Shown here one piece after another: positions 46,897 through 56,862 of a DNA stretch of 64,000 bases (positions are counted from its first letter, which is position 1; every line of letters begins with the position of its first letter). The translations under genes were made by a program, and so were the position numbers. The notes beneath the pieces were generated by a model. The model did not search any database. It was not told where the DNA came from and saw only the letters and a list, made by a program, of their open reading frames with translations. The stretch covers positions 1 through 64,000 of the forward strand of contig CDROCS010004715.1 of NCBI GenBank assembly GCA_977020255.1. Direction: 5' to 3'. This DNA comes from Obrimoposthia wandeli. Lineage: Eukaryota.

Positions 46897-47139
46897 ATGT
46901 TGGTTATTATCGCGCCTATGAAAGAAATTATTGTCTCATTACATATCTCTGCAGAAGACTATCTCACTGTTTATCAAGGGCAGGTGAAAGACGTGGTTGC
47001 CACCGCTCAAGATGGGCGTGTCGTAAGATTCCCGGCTGCCATCCTTAAAGGTATGGTCGGTCATGAAGGAATAAGCGGAACCTTCAAAATTAAATTCGAT
47101 GCTAATAATAAGTTTGATGTCATCGTTCGAATCAAATAG
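46897..47139 (+). CDS. DUF2835 family protein
   Basis: SLHISAEDYL.VYQG, DGRVVRFPA, GTFKIKFD; immediately upstream of pyrD; alternative start at 46918. Confidence 0.75.
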   Translation: MLVIIAPMKEIIVSLHISAEDYLTVYQGQVKDVVATAQDGRVVRFPAAILKGMVGHEGISGTFKIKFDANNKFDVIVRIK

Positions 47140-47302
47140 CACGCATAAAATCCCTCGAATCAAGTGACTTAAATTCAATAGCGTGAACTTGCTATAAATA
47201 GTACGTTTAAAATACGCACTTTTGTCGTATAATTCGCGCGCGTTTTTTAGCGTGCGCAAAGCTTTCTAGCAACTTTTAAACAAATGTCATAAGGCGAAGA
47301 TA

Positions 47303-48343
47303 ATGTCAGGTCTCGATTGGTACGGTTTAGTACGAAAAGTAATGTTCAAAATGAGCGGCGAAACCTCTCACGAACTGGGTCTTGATATGCTTGGCGCTGC
47401 AGAGCGCTTGTCTTTGCTTTCTTATATCGCCCCTAAAATTCCTGACTGCCCAGTCGAAGTCATGGGCATTACTTTCCCAAACCCAGTAGGTTTGGCAGCA
47501 GGATTGGATAAAAATGGCGATTATATTGATGCCTTTGCTCGTTTAGGCTTTGGTTTTATTGAAATCGGTACCATTACACCACGCTCTCAGCCAGGTAACC
47601 CTAAGCCGCGCTTGTTCCGTCTTGCTGAGAAGCAAGCGATTATCAACCGCATGGGCTTCAACAATAAAGGTGTCGATCATCTTGTTGAGCAGGTTAAAAA
47701 AGCCAAGTTTAAAGGCGTACTAGGGATCAATATCGGTAAGAACTTCGATACCCCAGTAGAAAACGCAGTAGACGATTACCTGATTTGTTTGAATAAGGTT
47801 TATCAGCACGCAACCTACATTACCGTGAATATCTCTTCACCGAATACGCCAGGGCTACGTGATTTACAGTTCGGCGATACACTTGATCAGCTATTAGCAC
47901 CGATCAGAGCTCGTCAGCTAGAGCTAGCAGAAGAATTTGGCTACAAGCCAGTATTAGTGAAAATTGCGCCAGATATGGATGAAGAAAACGTTCACCTGGT
48001 TGCAGAAACACTGATCAAAAATAACATCGATGGTGTTATCGCTACGAATACGACGCTATCGCGTGAAGGCGTAGAAGATCACAAGTTCGGCAGTGAAATG
48101 GGTGGCTTAAGTGGCGCACCACTAGAAGATTCCGCAACTGAAACCGTAGCTGCTTTGGTTGCTGCACTAGACGGCAAAATGCCTGTTATTGGTGTTGGTG
48201 GCATTTTAGATGGCGAAGGTGCGGTTGAAAAAATCAATGCCGGTGCTGAATTAGTACAAATATACAGCGGATTTATTTACCGTGGACCAGAATTGATCCG
48301 TGAAAGCGTTGATGCAATTGCTGCTCGTTTTGCAACTAAGTAA
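47303..48343 (+). CDS. pyrD: Quinone-dependent dihydroorotate dehydrogenase (class 2)
   Basis: [58 protein letters not shown]. Confidence 0.97.
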   Translation: MSGLDWYGLVRKVMFKMSGETSHELGLDMLGAAERLSLLSYIAPKIPDCPVEVMGITFPNPVGLAAGLDKNGDYIDAFARLGFGFIEIGTITPRSQPGNPKPRLFRLAEKQAIINRMGFNNKGVDHLVEQVKKAKFKGVLGINIGKNFDTPVENAVDDYLICLNKVYQHATYITVNISSPNTPGLRDLQFGDTLDQLLAPIRARQLELAEEFGYKPVLVKIAPDMDEENVHLVAETLIKNNIDGVIATNTTLSREGVEDHKFGSEMGGLSGAPLEDSATETVAALVAALDGKMPVIGVGGILDGEGAVEKINAGAELVQIYSGFIYRGPELIRESVDAIAARFATK

Positions 48344-48379
48344 GACGTTGGGTAAATAAAGAGCAAGCGATAGATAAAA

Positions 48380-48406
48380 GAAAACCCAGACAATGGCTGG
48401 GTTTTC
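48380..48406. terminator. Bidirectional terminator between pyrD and rmf
   Basis: gaaaacccag-acaatgg-ctgggttttc. Confidence 0.8.
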
Positions 48407-48457
48407 ATTTTTAAAGTCTCCCAGAAGGGGAGAACTGAACTATTTGTCGTGTAAAGA

Positions 48458-48652
48458 TTAAAGAGTCAGTCTGTGAATACCAGAAACACCCGTCATCCCG
48501 TCCCAGTTGTCTGATCGACCTTCTCGCCAGCCAGACATCCATGATTCATGGGCTGGACCTGGTGGGGCAAGATCTTTGGAGCGACGCTCGGCGCCGGCTA
48601 AGTAACCACGTGTAAAAGCGCGTTGCTGTTGGTCGCGTTTCTGTTTCTTCAT
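48458..48652 (-). CDS. rmf: Ribosome modulation factor
   Basis: MKKQKRD...RAFTRGYLAG...RSKDL...W.SGWREG; pyrD-rmf-rlmKL synteny. Confidence 0.92.
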   Translation of the reverse strand: MKKQKRDQQQRAFTRGYLAGAERRSKDLAPPGPAHESWMSGWREGRSDNWDGMTGVSGIHRLTL

Positions 48653-48873
48653 AGAGTATCCTCACTCAAAATATTAAACAGTAAGCCTGCTAAGCTAAAG
48701 GTCATAAAGAACCTTCAGCAAACCTTCGCAGGTCTTTGGTCGGGCATTAAGAATGTGCACTCATATTCTTAATGCCGTGACATAGTTGTACCGCGTTATT
48801 GGCTTGGCTGTAACGATTATTTTTTTCTATTAAAACTGGTTTTTAAAACAATCAGCTATTTGACAAATTAGGT

Positions 48874-51207
48874 GTGCAGAGCATGCAAGAACTTACAATC
48901 GGTCAGCCGCGCGAAATATTTGCCGTATGTCCAAAAGGCGTAGAACTACTTTTAGCTGATGAAATCAGACAGTTAGGCGGAGAAGTGATTAAAGAAAGTC
49001 ACTTGGGTGTTAGCTGGTTAGGCGACCTTGAACTGGCGTACCGTTTTTGCTTGTGGACAAGGCTCGCCACACGCTTATTGCTGCCATTGAAAGAAAGTCA
49101 GGTAGACGATGTGGACCAAATGTACGATGTGGCGTATGACATCCCATGGTCTGAATTGTTCACTGTAGACAACAGCATTCGTATCGATTTTCACGGCAAA
49201 TCCGACTTCGTTAACAATACTCAGTTTGGCGGCCAGAAGATTAAAGATGCGATTTGTGACCGTTTCCGTGCTGATGTCGGCTCACGTCCGAATGTTGATA
49301 AAGATGCCGACGTAAAGATTGAAGTACAGCTGCGTAATGGCCGTATCACCATCAGTCTGAATATTGCGGGTGATAGCTTACACAAGCGTGGCTATCGCCT
49401 AATGCCAGGTCAGGCACCGCTTAAAGAAAACTTAGCAGCGGCATTATTGATTCGTGCGGGCTGGCCTGCACGTGCTGCCAAAGGTGAAAACTTACTCGAT
49501 CCAATGTGTGGTTCAGGTACGTTATTGATTGAAGGCATGCTGATGGCCGCCGACATTGCGCCGGGCTTGAATCGTCAAATACAGGGCTTTGAAAACTTAA
49601 AGCTGCACGACCGCGGATTGTGGAAGACCATTGTCGATGAAGCGCGTCAGCGCCGTACCGATGGCCTTGCAGCGATGGAAAGCCAGTTCTTTGGTTATGA
49701 AAATAACCCTTATCAAGTTGAAGCAGCGCTCTCTAACTTCTCTCGTGCCGGTGTGGGCGATGATACCTTAGACGAAAAAATTCAGATTCAATCTAAGCCT
49801 TTCCAGGAATTATGGTTGCGTGAAAGCGTGATCAAAAAGGGCGGTTTGATTATCTGTAACCCACCTTACGGTGAGCGTTTGGATGAATTACCTCAACTTG
49901 CACCTTTGTATAATGAATTAAATGAAGTAACGCGTGCGACTTTACCTGATTGGGGTATGGCGCTGATTACGGGCAATGTTGATTTGGCGCGCAGTATTCG
50001 CCGCCCAATGCATAAAAAGTACAGCTTCTATAACGGTGCTATTCCTTGTACGTTCTTAGTCTTCAATGCTTGTGATGAGCGTTCTATGACGGTTCTGACA
50101 ACCGCAATTAGAGGCCCAGTTGAAGCCTTTGCTAACCGCTTGAAGAAAAATCTTAAGCCACTGAGAAAATGGGCAAAGCGCGAAGATATTAACTGTTACC
50201 GAATTTATGATGCCGATTTACCAGAATATTCTGTAGCTATTGACCTGTATAACGATCGTTTGCACGTACAAGAATACGTAGCGCCTAAGACGATTGAGCC
50301 AGCTAAAGCTGAGCGTCGCATCTTAGATCTTTTGGCGGTATTGCCAGAAGTGACAGGCATCGCTAAAGAAAACATTGTACTGAAGCGCCGCGAGCGCCAG
50401 TCAGGTAAAAAGCAATATCAGCGTAATAGTGATTTTCAAGAGACAGCTGAATCACACCGCATGGAAGTCATTGAAGGCAACGCTAAGATCTGGGTGAATC
50501 TACAAGATTACCTCGATACGGGCTTGTTCCTAGATCACCGTCCAACGCGTATGAATATTGCCTCTATCGCTAAAGGCCAGCGCTTCTTAAACCTGTTTTG
50601 CTATACCGCAACGGCCAGTGTGCATGCTGCGGTTGCTGGGGCGAAAACAACCACATCGGTTGATTTGTCGAAGACCTATTTAAACTGGGCTGAAGATAAC
50701 TTCCGTTTAAATGGTTTGATGGGAAATACGACGCAGGGGAATCAAGGTAAAGTTGCCGCGATGCCAAGCAAAGAAAATACTCGTGGCAGCTCTCGTGGTG
50801 TAACTAATCCTTGGGGTAATCAAGAGCAGGCGAAAAAGAGCGATGAGAAGCACCAGTTCATCGAAGCCGATTGTCGCGAATGGTTGAAGACCATTCAAAA
50901 GCAAACGGAAGATGAAAAGTACGATTTGATCTTTATGGATCCGCCGACGTTCTCTAATTCAAAGAAAATGGAAGGCATTTTGGATATTCAGCGCGACCAC
51001 GTTGAATTGATCGAAATGGCGATGGCGCGCTTAACCAAGCACGGTTTATTGATCTTTTCTAACAACCTTCGTAAGTTCGATATGGATGAGCGTGCACTAA
51101 AACAGTTCACTATTGATAATGTAAGCGCTAAATCAGTGCCTCATGACTATTCGCGTCGTGCAAATATTCACCACTGTTTCGAGATTCGTCACGCAAAGAA
51201 GAAGTAG
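48874..51207 (+). CDS. rlmL: Bifunctional 23S rRNA methyltransferase RlmKL
   Basis: THUMP region, LHKRGYR, APLKENLAA, DPMCGSGT, NPPYGER, YRIYDADLPEY, DTGLFLDHR, DPPTFSNSK. Confidence 0.96.
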   Translation: MQSMQELTIGQPREIFAVCPKGVELLLADEIRQLGGEVIKESHLGVSWLGDLELAYRFCLWTRLATRLLLPLKESQVDDVDQMYDVAYDIPWSELFTVDNSIRIDFHGKSDFVNNTQFGGQKIKDAICDRFRADVGSRPNVDKDADVKIEVQLRNGRITISLNIAGDSLHKRGYRLMPGQAPLKENLAAALLIRAGWPARAAKGENLLDPMCGSGTLLIEGMLMAADIAPGLNRQIQGFENLKLHDRGLWKTIVDEARQRRTDGLAAMESQFFGYENNPYQVEAALSNFSRAGVGDDTLDEKIQIQSKPFQELWLRESVIKKGGLIICNPPYGERLDELPQLAPLYNELNEVTRATLPDWGMALITGNVDLARSIRRPMHKKYSFYNGAIPCTFLVFNACDERSMTVLTTAIRGPVEAFANRLKKNLKPLRKWAKREDINCYRIYDADLPEYSVAIDLYNDRLHVQEYVAPKTIEPAKAERRILDLLAVLPEVTGIAKENIVLKRRERQSGKKQYQRNSDFQETAESHRMEVIEGNAKIWVNLQDYLDTGLFLDHRPTRMNIASIAKGQRFLNLFCYTATASVHAAVAGAKTTTSVDLSKTYLNWAEDNFRLNGLMGNTTQGNQGKVAAMPSKENTRGSSRGVTNPWGNQEQAKKSDEKHQFIEADCREWLKTIQKQTEDEKYDLIFMDPPTFSNSKKMEGILDIQRDHVELIEMAMARLTKHGLLIFSNNLRKFDMDERALKQFTIDNVSAKSVPHDYSRRANIHHCFEIRHAKKK

Positions 51208-51300
51208 TAAAAAATAAAGCTTCTTTCTAGGGCGCTTCATTGCTGGTATTGCACAGTAATGACGCGCCTTTTTTGTTTTAGTTTCGCCAAAGTCGACAAA

Positions 51301-51317
51301 TTGGTACGAAACCTGCT
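51301..51317 (+). promoter_or_regulatory. Putative sigma54 (-24/-12) promoter of amt
   Basis: TTGGTACGAAACCTGCT with GG-N10-GC spacing, about 90 bp upstream of the amt start. Confidence 0.65.
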
Positions 51318-51408
51318 ATCTCTAAGCATAAAATTAATATCCGACCAATTTAGTTGGGCATTCTAAAAAAGACTGTCATAGCAAAAGACATAGAGAGAGG
51401 GCCTTAAC

Positions 51409-52656
51409 GTGGCGACTGAAAGCATAGCAAGTGTATCCAGCGCGGTAGAAACTTTAGTTCAAAGTTCAAATACCATGTTCATCTTATTAGGAGCGATCAT
51501 GGTTTTGGCCATGCACGCAGGTTTCGCCTTCCTTGAAGTGGGTACGGTTCGTCATAAGAACCAAGTAAACGCCTTGGTTAAAATCTTAACTGACTTCGGT
51601 ATCTCGACCATTGCCTACTTCTTCGTAGGGTATCAGATTGCTTATGGCATGGACTTCTTCGTCGGTGCTAACGAGTTAGTAGAAAGTAACGGCTATGAGC
51701 TGGTTAAATTCTTCTTCTTATTAACCTTTGCTGCTGCAATCCCTGCGATTGTTTCTGGCGGTGTAGCTGAGCGTGCTAAGTTCTATCCAATGTTAATAGG
51801 CTCTTCTTTAATCGTTGCTTTGGTATATCCATTCTTCGAAGGCATTATTTGGAATGGCAACTCGGTATTCGGTTTTAACTTCCAAGGGTGGTTAGAAGCG
51901 ACATTCGGTGCAGGCTTCCATGATTTCGCAGGCTCTATCGTAGTGCACGGTGTGGGTGGTTGGATTGGTTTCGCTGCAATTATCGTATTGGGTTCTCGTA
52001 AAGGCCGCTATCGTGATGGCCGTGTTGTTGCTTTCGCACCTTCAAACATTCCTTTCCTAGCACTAGGTGCTTGGATTCTAGCCGTAGGCTGGTTTGGCTT
52101 TAACGTGATGTCCGCACAAACAATGGATGGCATCTCTGGCTTAGTGGCTGTAAACAGCTTGATGGCAATGGTTGGCGGTATCATCGCAGCCATGATCGCA
52201 GGTAAAAAAGACCCAGGTTTCATTCATAACGGCCCATTGGCTGGACTCGTTGCGGTTTGCGCAGGTTCAGATGTAATGCACCCAATGGGCGCGTTGATTG
52301 TAGGTGCGATTGCGGGCGGATTGTTCGTACTGACCTTTACTTATGTGCAAAACAAATTCCCTAAATTCGATGACGTATTAGGTGTGTGGCCTCTACACGG
52401 TCTTTGTGGTTTGTGGGGCGGTATCGCTGCCGGTATTTTTGGTCTAGAAGCATTCGGTGGTATGGGCGGTGTTAGCTTTATGTCTCAGGTGATTGGTTCA
52501 CTGGCAGGTATTGCTGTTGCAGTGATCGGTGGTTTCTTGGTATACGGAATTATCGATAAGGTTGTTGGCATTCGTTTAGACGAAGAGTCTGAATACAACG
52601 GTGCTGATTTATCGATTCACAAGATCGGTGCAAACTCTGAGCCTTCTAATTATTAA
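51409..52656 (+). CDS. amt: Ammonium transporter (Amt family)
   Basis: GFAFLEVG, DFAGSIVVH and FDDVLGVWPLHG (both pore His present); no glnK gene adjacent. Confidence 0.95.
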   Translation: MATESIASVSSAVETLVQSSNTMFILLGAIMVLAMHAGFAFLEVGTVRHKNQVNALVKILTDFGISTIAYFFVGYQIAYGMDFFVGANELVESNGYELVKFFFLLTFAAAIPAIVSGGVAERAKFYPMLIGSSLIVALVYPFFEGIIWNGNSVFGFNFQGWLEATFGAGFHDFAGSIVVHGVGGWIGFAAIIVLGSRKGRYRDGRVVAFAPSNIPFLALGAWILAVGWFGFNVMSAQTMDGISGLVAVNSLMAMVGGIIAAMIAGKKDPGFIHNGPLAGLVAVCAGSDVMHPMGALIVGAIAGGLFVLTFTYVQNKFPKFDDVLGVWPLHGLCGLWGGIAAGIFGLEAFGGMGGVSFMSQVIGSLAGIAVAVIGGFLVYGIIDKVVGIRLDEESEYNGADLSIHKIGANSEPSNY

Positions 52657-52690
52657 GACGGCGAGTTTTTTAGACGATTAGATTTGAACG

Positions 52691-52715
52691 AGGTCAGCTT
52701 ATGCTGGCCTTTTTT
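52691..52715 (+). terminator. Rho-independent terminator
   Basis: aggtcagc-ttat-gctggcct followed by a T-run. Confidence 0.8.
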
Positions 52716-52770
52716 GTTTTACAAAGCCCACAATGTATTAGTAGTATTAGCGATATCAATTTAGACACGG

Positions 52771-53370
52771 ATGCCTGTAATGAAAATAATGCAGCGAAAT
52801 ATTATAAAAAAAATTTTCTGGTCGTCAACAATTTCACTTATTGTATTTGGTAGTTTAGGTATAGGCACGTTAGCTACAAGCATTATCGCGTATGTTATGT
52901 TGATGGTTATTCTTATCATCGCATGGGGTTTGTCTACAGGTTATGGGGCGATTAAGAATAAACTGGCCGAGTCAAAGCTTAAGGATGGCCTCAAACGTTA
53001 TGATTATAATAAAATAGACTATAAGCTTTTTAACAAAAAGATTGGTTTTTTTCGTTTAATATTCAAGACCGTTGCTCATACTTGGAGGATTGTCAGAAGT
53101 AATGATGATGTAGAGCATATCACTCGCTTTGATAATGAATTGCTTATTCAATATCCAGTTAATCCAAATATCTCAGAAGGCGATTATTATCATGTTCAGG
53201 CACTCTCTGTAGACAGGCTAATTAAACAAGATAATAAAATAGTCATTTTGCAGGGCTATTGTCACGAAATGAAGCGTATTTATAATTTCGAAATTGATAA
53301 AATTCAGCAGGTCTTTGATTTCCCTTCGGGCCTGCCATTTGAAGTATCGAAATTAACAATAAATAAATAA
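52771..53370 (+). CDS. Hypothetical membrane protein with a C-terminal WYL-like segment
   Basis: Two N-terminal TM helices; LIQY...LQGYCHEMKRIYNFEIDKIQQV. Confidence 0.6.
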   Translation: MPVMKIMQRNIIKKIFWSSTISLIVFGSLGIGTLATSIIAYVMLMVILIIAWGLSTGYGAIKNKLAESKLKDGLKRYDYNKIDYKLFNKKIGFFRLIFKTVAHTWRIVRSNDDVEHITRFDNELLIQYPVNPNISEGDYYHVQALSVDRLIKQDNKIVILQGYCHEMKRIYNFEIDKIQQVFDFPSGLPFEVSKLTINK

Positions 53371-53390
53371 TTTGAGAGACTTCTTCTTAG

Positions 53391-55466
53391 TTAACACTCA
53401 AGTTCAGTTAATGACTCGGATGCTGCGTGTTTTTGTTGCTGTATAAAAAATGCATCGATTAACCGATTATTTTGTTCGGGCTGTGAATGGTATTCATCTA
53501 CAATTTCATCGATATGCTCTGGATCGTGCAAGTAGGCCGTTTCTAGTAGGGTGGCTAAGCTAGCGGTATCATAGTGTTTAGTCACGTATTCTTCTAATGC
53601 TCCAGGCCAGCAGTCAAATAACTCACTATAAAGGTGCTGGCCTCCCAGGTAGGTCATGGCAATAACAAACTTTAGTTTATTTTCATCCCACTGGTCACCA
53701 GATAATATGTCCCCACACATTTCAGTATTAATAACATCGTGATCCATATCTACGCTAGCCAAGTAACGAAGATAGAGGGGCTGATACTGATCACCTAAGC
53801 TTAATAAATGCTTCATCGCATAGGCGAGAAAAGTAGTCTCGCTATCGTGGTAAAGCGCTTCACTGTCGGCATATTCACAAAACCAGTTAATTAACTCAAC
53901 CAGCTCAGGTGCAATGTCTTCACCAAATTCGCTAAGCTTTTCGAAAAAACTTTGATCATCAAGCTTCTCTGAATATTGTTTGGACTCTGAACTGTATCCA
54001 ATATGAACATAAACGTTAATTTCATAGTCAACGATAAGAGCCTTTATATCTGTTCGAACTAATGCCAAATATTGCTTTAGTGCAAACTTAGCACTGGCTA
54101 AATTCCATTGTGGGATTTCTATGATATTGGAGATTAATTTCTCAGGTGGGCTAAAAAGATGCTTACTTTCTTTTTTCTGTGTACCTTGTTCTAGTAACGA
54201 ATAAGATGGTTCATTAAAGCAGTTCGCTTGATCGGAAGATAAGGGGGTAATTTTAATGTTGGATGATGAAATTTCTACGTTTAAGAGCTCATCGTTTTTG
54301 AACTCTAAAATGAACCCGATAGATTTTTTAGCGATTCCTAGCGATGAAATAACGTCTTTCGTTAGATTTGGATAAAAGGTTACGTTTTTTAATTCATTAT
54401 AAAAACGATCGAATGTTTTGCTAAATTCTCTCTCAGGAAAGTTAGGTATTGTATTTTTGGCTTCTGGATTAACACGTTCCATTAAAAAATCGTATTCTTT
54501 GAACACTTCACCTGATCTTAATAACTCTAAAACTAATCCGTTTTTCTTATCTTCTAGTTCAGTTTTAGTGAATTGTCTGACTTCTAGAAAAATTATGTTG
54601 TTACCGCTATTAATATCAAAAATCTCAATGTTATACGGTATGTAATCTTCATTTTTAGTTTTAGCTTCAGAATAAACACTATTGTTAGTGGTGCTGGGTT
54701 TAATGAAACTTGGATTTAAATAGTTTGGACGAATACCTATTTCATACTGTACTGAAATAAAAATAGGTGGTGTTCGGTATCTAGAGAATTTATGTTGCGT
54801 TTTAAAGCAACCTTCGCTGACCAAGCCTTGTCTCTTACTTTTTTTAAAATCAACGGATACAAGCCCAGAGTGATCCCTTTTGGAATAGGCATAATCACTA
54901 CAGTATAAATATAACTTATCTCTATTTAGCCAGAAGCCTAGTTGTTCATCTTTACCCAGTGAATTGGGGAATAATTCATAATCATCATCAACTCGAACCT
55001 GATGGTTGATGACGAAGTTATGGTAATCAAATTGATAGAGTGTATTTGTGCGCGGGCTGTAATCTTTAGGTTCTTCACCTTCAGCATAAATTTCACAATC
55101 CGTGAGGATGTATAAATACTCCTCATTACACTGAATATTTATATCGTCTCTAGAGTTAAAATGCTGGTGTGATAAGCACACTTGAAACTCGCAGTCATAA
55201 AGATATATGTTGCTTTTACTGTCTAGAACTACAACTTGATCCTTATTATTAAGGGTTAGGAATAGAAGGTCTGCATTACGACGATGAACTCTAAAATACC
55301 AATCAGGCCTTTTGCTTTTAAGGTATCTGACACGAATAATAGAAACCTGGTTAATTTCTTGCTTTTCGACTAGGTAAGGTTTGGATGCTAAAGGCGGCTG
55401 GAAGGTATTCAGTTTTGCCTTATATTTGCTTAAATAAGGCTTTAATTTGGCAAAAGCTGTATTCAT
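53391..55466 (-). CDS. Hypothetical protein (691 aa)
   Basis: Long uninterrupted AT-rich ORF with an AGGGA RBS; beta-rich N-terminus and helical acidic C-terminus. Confidence 0.8.
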   Translation of the reverse strand: MNTAFAKLKPYLSKYKAKLNTFQPPLASKPYLVEKQEINQVSIIRVRYLKSKRPDWYFRVHRRNADLLFLTLNNKDQVVVLDSKSNIYLYDCEFQVCLSHQHFNSRDDINIQCNEEYLYILTDCEIYAEGEEPKDYSPRTNTLYQFDYHNFVINHQVRVDDDYELFPNSLGKDEQLGFWLNRDKLYLYCSDYAYSKRDHSGLVSVDFKKSKRQGLVSEGCFKTQHKFSRYRTPPIFISVQYEIGIRPNYLNPSFIKPSTTNNSVYSEAKTKNEDYIPYNIEIFDINSGNNIIFLEVRQFTKTELEDKKNGLVLELLRSGEVFKEYDFLMERVNPEAKNTIPNFPEREFSKTFDRFYNELKNVTFYPNLTKDVISSLGIAKKSIGFILEFKNDELLNVEISSSNIKITPLSSDQANCFNEPSYSLLEQGTQKKESKHLFSPPEKLISNIIEIPQWNLASAKFALKQYLALVRTDIKALIVDYEINVYVHIGYSSESKQYSEKLDDQSFFEKLSEFGEDIAPELVELINWFCEYADSEALYHDSETTFLAYAMKHLLSLGDQYQPLYLRYLASVDMDHDVINTEMCGDILSGDQWDENKLKFVIAMTYLGGQHLYSELFDCWPGALEEYVTKHYDTASLATLLETAYLHDPEHIDEIVDEYHSQPEQNNRLIDAFFIQQQKHAASESLTELEC

Positions 55467-55611
55467 CGGATTCCCTGTGACAAAAATGAAAGCAAATGCT
55501 ATTGCTTTTAGTCGGTTATTATTAGTAGAAATGATTTTAACGCTAAAGTTGAGTTTTACAATATTTAGGTGTTAAAAGTGAGATTGCTGTCCTTGTTTGT
55601 GTATATAGCAT

Positions 55612-55740
55612 TGGTTTATGCGTGTCTTAAATGAAGCTATTGCTCGTGAAGCTAATGCTGAGGATGATTGTACTGGGCCTTTCTGGAAAGGGCGTTTAAA
55701 ATCTGAAACCCTATTGGATGAAGCTGCCTTTATGGCGTAA
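55612..55740 (+). pseudogene. Internal fragment of a REP-associated tyrosine transposase (RAYT, IS200-like Y1 family)
   Basis: Translates to WFMRVLNEAIAREANAEDDCTGPFWKGRLKSETLLDEAAFMA*, matching the remembered RAYT motif WFMRxLNExIARxANxEDxCTGRFWEGRFKSQxLLDE; in-frame stops on both sides. Confidence 0.75.
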
Positions 55741-55791
55741 AGGCGGCTGATCTTTTTATCCATGGAATTGTGCTATTTAAAAGAGGTAAAA

Positions 55792-56709
55792 ATGAACGAC
55801 AAACACTGCATTTTAATCGTGGGGGTTACTGGTACTGTAGGTCGTGAAGTATTACAGGCGGCTCGTGCAAAAGGCCTTCGCATTCGCGTGCTGGTTCGCT
55901 CTACGGTACGTGCAGGAGAATTCCCACCAGATGTTGATGTTGTAGAAGGGGATTTGTCTGATCCAGTTGCGGTAAAGCGTTCATTAAAAGGAGTTAGCGC
56001 TGCCTTTTATCTATCGCCGCATTTAATTGACGAAGAGAACATAGCAGAACAGTTTACGACTTTTTGTAATGCACGATCGATTCGGATGGTTTTCGTGGGA
56101 GTGCATGTGGATGGTGCGAACAGAGTATCGCGCTGGATAAAGCGCACCGCTTTTGGCACCGTTATGAGTCACTATAAATCCAAACTTAGGCTCTCTGAAA
56201 GAGTGCGCCAATTGGGTTCTGATGTTGTGATTCTTATGCCAACAAATTTTTATCAAAATGATGAGTTAATACGAACCAGTATTCTTGAAAATCACATATT
56301 TGCTCAGCCGCTGGGTTTAAAGGGCATTAATAGAGTAGACAGTAAAGACATTGGTGAAGCGGCCGTCGCAGCATTAACCGACACCTCTATAGTGGCTGGG
56401 GCTTATCCTATTGTTGGACCAGAATCATTAACAGGGCCTCAATGTGCTGCTGTGTGGAGTGCGGCTATGGGCAGAACTGTGAGCTATTGCGAAGATGACA
56501 CCCTATGGGAGCCCCTTGTAAAATCGTCTTTAGAAGGTAAAAAACTGATCGACATACTGAAAACCTATCGACTAATCCGAAAGTATAAATTAACTACAAA
56601 CCCAAAGCAGGTTGCCGTAACCAGCAGGTTATTAGGTCGCCCACCGCGTAGTTATCAAACCTATGTAGTAGAAACGATTAAACAATGGCAACGCGATACA
56701 ACGTCTTAA
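55792..56709 (+). CDS. NmrA-like / atypical SDR NAD(P)H-binding protein
   Basis: ILIVGVTGTVG Rossmann motif, VEGDL, VDSKDIGEAA; GAGG RBS before 55792. Confidence 0.88.
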   Translation: MNDKHCILIVGVTGTVGREVLQAARAKGLRIRVLVRSTVRAGEFPPDVDVVEGDLSDPVAVKRSLKGVSAAFYLSPHLIDEENIAEQFTTFCNARSIRMVFVGVHVDGANRVSRWIKRTAFGTVMSHYKSKLRLSERVRQLGSDVVILMPTNFYQNDELIRTSILENHIFAQPLGLKGINRVDSKDIGEAAVAALTDTSIVAGAYPIVGPESLTGPQCAAVWSAAMGRTVSYCEDDTLWEPLVKSSLEGKKLIDILKTYRLIRKYKLTTNPKQVAVTSRLLGRPPRSYQTYVVETIKQWQRDTTS

Positions 56710-56862
56710 GTGGTTAGCTGACGTATTAGCAGGGGTGTTAATGAATATCTTAACTATTAATACCACTCATAATGCAGTTCTTGATGTATATCAGCTTATA
56801 TATATACCCATGTCAGGTATCTTAGGGATAGATAAAAATCTAGATAAATAGAGCCGACCAAT

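Noticed and set aside
51229-51274. NtrC site in the hairpin between rlmKL and amt
   Set aside because: Only a TGCAC half-site; better explained as the rlmKL terminator.
55470-55481. tccctgtgac near the RAYT relic as a second copy of the 16958 element
   Set aside because: Too short, and explained as the AGGGA RBS of the 691-aa gene.
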